Assembly: GCA_965112735.1 (NCBI GenBank)
Contig: OZ218952.1
Span: forward strand, 4,278,001 to 4,342,000
DNA from: Phaeosaccion multiseriatum
Taxonomy: Eukaryota > Protista > Ochrophyta, other classes
Direction: 5' to 3'
Length of the DNA stretch: 64,000 nt
Both the position numbers and the translations under genes were made by a program. This document shows, piece by piece, positions 58,523 through 64,000 of the stretch (position 1 is the stretch's first letter; every line of letters begins with the position of its first letter). The notes under the pieces are model-generated. The model made no database searches. It was not told the DNA's origin and saw only the letters and a program-made list of their open reading frames with translations.

Positions 58523-60262
58523 CTACCAATGATACTGCTCCAACAGCGGTAAGAAGGCCAGGACGAAGCCTTGGTCGAACACCTCGTTGCTAAACCTGCC
58601 CACGCTGTCCCGTGCCGCCTGCCGCATGCCCCTGATGTCTTGTTGCGCGTTGCCCTTGCCGGACGTCGTGTCAAACACCGCGGCCAGGAGGGTAGCGTAC
58701 TCCAATGGTGTCTCTGCCAAGCAGCCTGTAGGTCTCCCCGTAACAGGGTCGTCTACAACGATGTCCTCCTTGGGCCCGCCTGAGTTGTGCGCCACTGTCA
58801 CCAGCCCGGCTGCCATCATCTCAACCACTCCGATACCAAAGTGCTCGTTCCACATGGAGTGCATACCGACACTTGCCCGCCCCAGCCAGGCCTTTAGCTC
58901 GCTAAAGGGGCAGTTCACCACGAACTCAACGCTGTCTTTGATGCCGAGCTCTCGGGCGAGGGCCTGCAGAGATTGGAGTAAGCGCTCGTCGTCTTCGTTC
59001 CGGCAGCTGCCCAGTACCACCAACTTGACGTGGTCAAAGGAGCAAGAGGAGGAGCCCGACCCCTCCTGCTCAGTCGCGCCTTCAGCAGCAGTGCAGCGTT
59101 GTTCATTCGCATCGTCGCCACCACTACTACTGCTGCTGCCGCCGCTGCTGCTGCTGCCCCTGGCGCCTAGCTTCCTCAGCTCTGCCAAGGCATGAAGCTG
59201 TAAGGCTTGATCCTTCTCCGGTCTGAACTGACCAACGCTCAACACTACCGCCTCTCTCCCCCCCTGCCCACCACCTTCCCCTGCTCCTCCTCTTCCTGCT
59301 CGTCCTGGTGGTGGTGGTCCATCGATGGGTAGAGACGCAAGATCCCCAGTATCGCAAGGTGGGAACACAACAATGGGCTTGGGAGACAGCCTCCACATGG
59401 CTTCAATGTGCTTCCGTGTCCAATTCGAATTGACCATGACCACCTGCGCAAAGGCTCCTGCCAAGGCATAGAGCAGCGAGAAGAGCCAGTAGTATAGCAG
59501 CTTGGCCGACGAGGCGCTGCCCGAAGAGGTAATCCACCCCTTGTTGTTGTACGAGGGTCGCAGGGCGCGGACCCGTTGCAGCATGTCGGTGCTGATGGTG
59601 GGGTAGTGCACGTAGGCTCCCACTCTGCAGCCCGCGAGTAAGCGAGCGGGGAGGAAGGAGAAGGCGAAGCCGGTGCTGTCGAAGAAGACGTCCGGAGTGG
59701 CCACGAGCAGAGCCTCCAGCGCGAGAAAAAGCGACCCGAGCGATTGGCCCAGCATGGTGAAGACGGGATAGCGGCGCGCCTCCAGCAACCACCTCCCACG
59801 CATGTACACCAGGTCTAGCGGGACAGAGACGTCGGCAGCGTCGAGCTGGAATCGCTCCTGCACCCGCTGCAGTACCGCCTCTTTGCTGGCGCTACCGCCC
59901 GTGGCGGGGTCGTCTCCTGTGTAAATGAGAATGTGCAGGGGCCTTGGTGCCTTCCCCCCTCCTGAAGCCGTTGACTCTCCACTGTTGCCGTCCTCCTCTG
60001 TCTTCCTGGTGCTCACAGCAACATTGCTCTGCTTCGCCGGTGTACGATACGTTCTGGAGAGGGCATGCACGGCGCGCCAGAGCACTCTCTCTCCCCCTCC
60101 CCCGCTGTCTGCGTAAGGGTGAAAAAAAGCCACCACCCTGGCATCCTTGGCCACGCCCCAGCGCCGTCGAGTGCGCCACCTGCCCACCGCGGCAAGCAGC
60201 CGCAGCGCAACGAAAGTGTACAGGAGTACGGCCGGCACACTGGCCAGGAAGAAAGACGGCAT
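58523..60262 (-). CDS. ALG11: GDP-Man:Man3GlcNAc2-PP-Dol alpha-1,2-mannosyltransferase, intronless, ~579 aa
   Basis: VAFFHPYADSGGGGERVLW, FTMLGQSLGS, YVHYPTISTDML, VMVNSNWTRKHI, GQFRPEKD, MWNEHFGIGVVEMMAAG and AHNSGGP; N-terminal TM segment after the ATG at 60262. Confidence 0.96.
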   Translation of the reverse strand: MPSFFLASVPAVLLYTFVALRLLAAVGRWRTRRRWGVAKDARVVAFFHPYADSGGGGERVLWRAVHALSRTYRTPAKQSNVAVSTRKTEEDGNSGESTASGGGKAPRPLHILIYTGDDPATGGSASKEAVLQRVQERFQLDAADVSVPLDLVYMRGRWLLEARRYPVFTMLGQSLGSLFLALEALLVATPDVFFDSTGFAFSFLPARLLAGCRVGAYVHYPTISTDMLQRVRALRPSYNNKGWITSSGSASSAKLLYYWLFSLLYALAGAFAQVVMVNSNWTRKHIEAMWRLSPKPIVVFPPCDTGDLASLPIDGPPPPGRAGRGGAGEGGGQGGREAVVLSVGQFRPEKDQALQLHALAELRKLGARGSSSSGGSSSSSGGDDANEQRCTAAEGATEQEGSGSSSCSFDHVKLVVLGSCRNEDDERLLQSLQALARELGIKDSVEFVVNCPFSELKAWLGRASVGMHSMWNEHFGIGVVEMMAAGLVTVAHNSGGPKEDIVVDDPVTGRPTGCLAETPLEYATLLAAVFDTTSGKGNAQQDIRGMRQAARDSVGRFSNEVFDQGFVLAFLPLLEQYHW

Positions 60263-60361
60263 CCAGAGAACTTGTCTCGTTTCTCGTTTATTGTATCTTA
60301 CCATCCAGTGCCATCCGCTTCTTGCTTCCGTCCTTTTCTCTTTGTTATTCTCGCCACGAAC
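60263..60361. promoter_or_regulatory. Putative 99-bp bidirectional promoter between ALG11 and importin-alpha
   Basis: Divergent ATGs at 60262 (-) and 60362 (+), separated by a relatively AT/pyrimidine-rich spacer. Confidence 0.55.
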
Positions 60362-62599
60362 ATGTCGAGCTTTGCCAAGCACAAGGAGAAGTACCAGGAG
60401 ATCCATGGTCAGGGGGAAGCTGGGGCTGGGGCGCTCCAGAAGCAGGGCACGGAGCGGAGGAGAGCCGTCGCCAAGGAGCAGCGCTCCTTGAAGCGCAAGG
60501 GAGCACTGGCCAAGAGAAGGAATGTCGGGGGAGCTGCGGGGGAAGGGTTGGGGTCGCAACAGCTACAGCGGTGGACGGAGGCGGACGTGCAGCAGGCAAT
60601 GGAGGCGTTGACGGCGGCGGGAGGAGGCCAAGATCGTGTCCAATCCATCCTGGCCCCCTTGACCGCCGTGCGAAGGTTGCTGTCCGTGCAGGAGCAGGAT
60701 CCTCCCATCGACGAGCTCCTCGAGAGGGGCCTGCTGCAGCGCTTGCTGGTGCTGCTGAACCACCCAGACGATGGCGTCCAGCTGGAGGTGGTGTGGTGCC
60801 TGACCAACATTGCCAGTGGGGAGAGCTCGCACACCAAGATGGTGCTGGAGGCCCTGCCTCGGCTGCTGCAGCTTGTGGAGAGCGACAACCCTCCCCTGGT
60901 AGAGCACGTGCTGTGGGCGCTGGGCAATATTGCAGGCGATAGCGATGAGTGCAGGGACGTGCTTCTGCGGGCAGGGGCCATGCAGCCCCTGTGCAGGCAG
61001 CTGACGAGCTTCAACCAGCACCTGAAGGAGCAAAACCAGCAGCAGCAACAGCAACAGCAACCTTCTCAAGCACCAAAAGTAGCGGTGAACGCAGCGCTGG
61101 CCAAGCTGGCGGCCACGGCAGCGTGGGCTCTGTCGAATCTGTCTCGAGGCCATGGGGGCAGTGGAAAGCCCTTCCTGGAGAGCGGCGTATTGCCCACCTT
61201 GCTCGAGCTTCTGGCGGTCTGCGCAACTGCCAGCCCCACAACTACAGCGACGACACAGGGACAGGGACAGGAGGCGGTAGCGGAGGCAGCGCAGGACAAG
61301 CAGCAGCTGGCGCTAGAGGTGGCGTGGGTGTTCACCTTTCTGACGGCCAGGGAGGAGGACGTGGTAACAACCCTGCTTGAGATGGGCTTGGTGCAGAGCC
61401 TCCTACAGGCGCTGCAAGGCTTTGCGCAAGACGACTTTCGGGCTGGCGCCACCCCCGTCCTCCGAGCCCTGGGCAATGTGGTGAGCGGGCCGGACGAGTG
61501 GATCAACTTTACACTGAGCTTGCAAGACCCAGCCTTCTTGCCTCTGCTGGTTCGGCTGCTGCAGCTCGACCAAGCAGAATTCACGAGTGCGATGAGCTCC
61601 ATGGGTGCTAGCGACATGCGCAAAGCACAGCAGCACCAGCAGCACGGCCGTGCCCTGCTCAAAGAGGCGGCTTGGGTGGCCTCCAACATTGCCTCTGGAT
61701 CCCCTGCTGCCCGAGAGGCCCTCATTGCGGCAGGGGCCGTGCCGCAACTTATCCGCCTGCTGCTCTCGGGCCAGTTCGACTTGGAGAAGGAGGCGGCCTT
61801 TGGACTGTGGAACCTCGCCTCGGCAGATGCAAGCCCCGGGGCGGACGTTGCGCGGCAGTTGGTGGAGCAGGAGGGTATGCTGAGGGCCTTCATCGGGCTG
61901 CTGCGGGTACCCGATCCGGCGGCGGTCAAGTGCGCGCTGAGCTTTGTGCGGCTGGTGTGCGACAAGGTGCCTCAGGGGCCGCAGCTGGTGGAGAGCATGG
62001 AGGGTATCGACGCTCTTGACAACTTGCACTACGGGCAGGTAAGAACGAGAAGAACTGCCAATCGCGCGTTTACCCCCCCCCCCCCCCCCAAAAACTGAGA
62101 GCAAGTGGGGGCGGGACTGGATTTGATAGAGCAACCCGTTCTTCCCCCTCTTTAGTTCCTCTTTGGTGCGTGCTTCTGATGCTCTGTACCTGAGAAAGCT
62201 GCCTCCTCCTCCTTGTTGTCTCTCTCCCTTTCTTTTACTCTTAGCTCTCTTTCTTGCTCTGTCTCTGTGGCACTCTCTTTCTCTCTCTCTGTCCCGCTCT
62301 GTCCGCCCTCTCTCTCTCTTGTACTGTCTCTCTTTCTTGCTCTATCTCCGTCGCACCCTCTTTCACCCTCTTTCTCTCTCTCTCTCTCTCTCCTATGGCG
62401 CCTCATGCAGGTGGATCCTTTGCTCGCTGGAGAAGCCGCAGCGATGGTGGACAAGTTCTTCGGCGAAGACTATGGGGGTGAAGAGCAGGAGGCGGAGGAG
62501 CAGGGGGGCACGCCCTTTCCTGACGCTGCTGCTGCCGCGCCAGGCAGAGGCATGGGGAGGGGAAGGCAGATCAATCAACCTGCGTGGATGAAGGGATAA
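60362..62599 (+). CDS. Importin subunit alpha (IMPA9-like); 2 exons (60362-62038, 62411-62599)
   Basis: IBB-like RRRAV..QRSLKRKGALAKRR; ARM repeats QLEVVWCLTNIASG, WALGNIAGDS, AAWALSNL, KEAAWVASNIASG; C-terminal VDKFFGEDYG resembles the plant IMPA-9 tail. Confidence 0.92.
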
Positions 62600-63185
62600 A
62601 GGATGACTGTCCTCTAAGGTTATGTGTACATAATTTCGTCTTTTTTGAAGGTGGCCTTGCTTTCAGTATAGTATTCTACGCCTTGTCTCGAGAGGGCCGA
62701 GCAAAGTGTGTAGGTAGGGACGGACTGTATTGCGCTCTGCGAAAGAGCGTGCTTGTGAATAAGAGTATATATAGTTTTGTTTTGATGGGCACGCCATGTC
62801 TTCCTCCCCACCCTTTTCGAGTGAGGACGTCGTCTCTCCTCTGCGCCCACATAAAGACACGTACTCGAGTACTCAGTGACGCGATCTTCTCTACCCGCTT
62901 CACGCCACTGCTCACTCCACTCCATTGTTCTATCCTACCTGCCCCTTGATCCTTCGCCCCCCTCTATACAGTATCGAGACACTGCTATACAAATTTAAAA
63001 CTAAACAAGGCCCCCTTATCAACGAAAGACCACGTGAGTGTATCTTCCTCGGCCGCCTCTCGTTCAGCTATACCAATGTCAATAAGTGTTCGCTGCTGCC
63101 GGTCCGCGGAGACTGCCACATTTTTCTTGCCTTGCCATTCTTCGGCCGCGCGGTGCTGCGTGAGCCCAGCAACTCTGTCAAGCTC

Positions 63186-63891
63186 CTACTGCTTGTGGTA
63201 GGCATCTGCGAGCGAGGATGTGAGCAGCAGCGAGAGCAGGCAGGAGCGAGCGTGTAAGCACAAGTTCGAGCTGCAGAGTGCATTCAAGGCATGCCGGACA
63301 AGGTTACAGTGTGCGCCCGCCATAATCAGTAATCAGGCCGACTGGCGCCGGTCATAATCAGTAGTCAGGGCGGCTGGCGCCGGCCATAATCAGTATAATC
63401 AGGCCGGCTGGCGCCGGCCGTAGGGCGCCCGTATATGACGTAGGGCTGAAAGGCAGTGATCCCCCCTCCGCCGCCAAAGCTACGACTCACCGTACTTCTT
63501 CCTACGGCGGCTCCTCCATCCCTGCTTGTCGTCGTACTGGCGGTTGTACGTGATGCGTGCCGTCGCCTCACCTCCAGCCTTGTCTGTGCTAGGGACGGGG
63601 CCTCCAAAGGCGTACGCAATTACCTCTACCCAGTCGTTAAGGGAGTACTTCTCGGAGGAGCCCGTGCTCTCGCTCGCTGCTGGCGTCTTGGCCTCAGTCA
63701 CGGCAACAGTGGGCTTGGGCTCCGCGGCAGCCGCAGCGGGATCGACGAGGCGCATCATCTAAGGGCGGCGGAGGCGGAGGAGGAGGGGGAGAAGATAAAG
63801 ATACATGAGCGTGTGAATTGAAGACACGAGAGATGATGCGAGACAGCCGCTCTCTCGGCAAAAGCTATGAGGGACCGCAGGCAAGCGGGAG

Positions 63892-63927
<36 letters not shown>

Positions 63928-64000
63928 GCCGCTGCAGAAAGAGCCGCCGCAGCACAGGAGTCTTACCTCCATGCGCAATTTGCGAACGGCGATCAGATCC
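63186..64000 (-). CDS. 3' end of an unidentified spliced gene (exons ~64000-63967, 63758-63491, 63205-63186)
   Basis: Phase-consistent GT-AG introns give ...DLIAVRKLRME-MMRLVDP...NDWVEVIAYAFGGPVP...KQGWRSRRRKKY-DAYHKQ*. No family recognised. Confidence 0.5.
63316..63425. repeat. Intronic ~31-33 bp minisatellite (CATAATCAGTAATCAGGCCGGCTGGCGCCGG), ~3 copies
   Basis: Seen directly. Confidence 0.85.

Noticed and set aside
54347-60262. GT41-methyltransferase next to ALG11 as a glycosylation gene cluster
   Set aside because: Two convergent neighbours are insufficient evidence, and ALG11 is a housekeeping gene; this would need conserved synteny.
60065-60559. Apparent overlap of extended ALG11 and importin ORFs
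   Set aside because: Artefact of calling from upstream alternative starts; homology places the ATGs at 60262 and 60362 with no overlap.

Overview
This is a gene-dense, intron-rich, GC-rich eukaryotic nuclear window with microsatellite-laden introns. Gene content and style suggest a stramenopile/ochrophyte-type alga (inference only). Left to right: (1) 5' part of a ~18-exon minus-strand gene for a secreted 7-blade RCC1-repeat protein with a P/T/A stalk and a poly-Glu tract; (2) a decayed PPR-SMR pseudogene; (3) a TPT/SLC35E-type transporter; (4) a two-pore channel (TPC); (5) GINS subunit PSF2; (6) a ~230-bp MITE with 27-bp perfect terminal inverted repeats; (7) the NUP98-NUP96 precursor; (8) a cathepsin H-like protease; (9) a tandem array of four intronless PPR-SMR genes; (10) a signal-peptide-bearing OGT-like GT41 fused to a C-terminal SAM methyltransferase; (11) ALG11; (12) importin-alpha (IMPA9-like); (13) the 3' end of an unknown gene. 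The best candidate for an undescribed system is the PPR-SMR array at 43.7-54.0 kb plus its pseudogene at 12-13.4 kb. These are probably mitochondrion-targeted modular RNA-binding proteins with an Smr nuclease-fold domain. Repeat number (8, 9, 11, 7+10) and base-specifying residues differ between near-identical paralogs, as in plant Restorer-of-fertility-like clusters but with a nuclease domain attached. Exon boundaries were read by eye, and no database searches were run.
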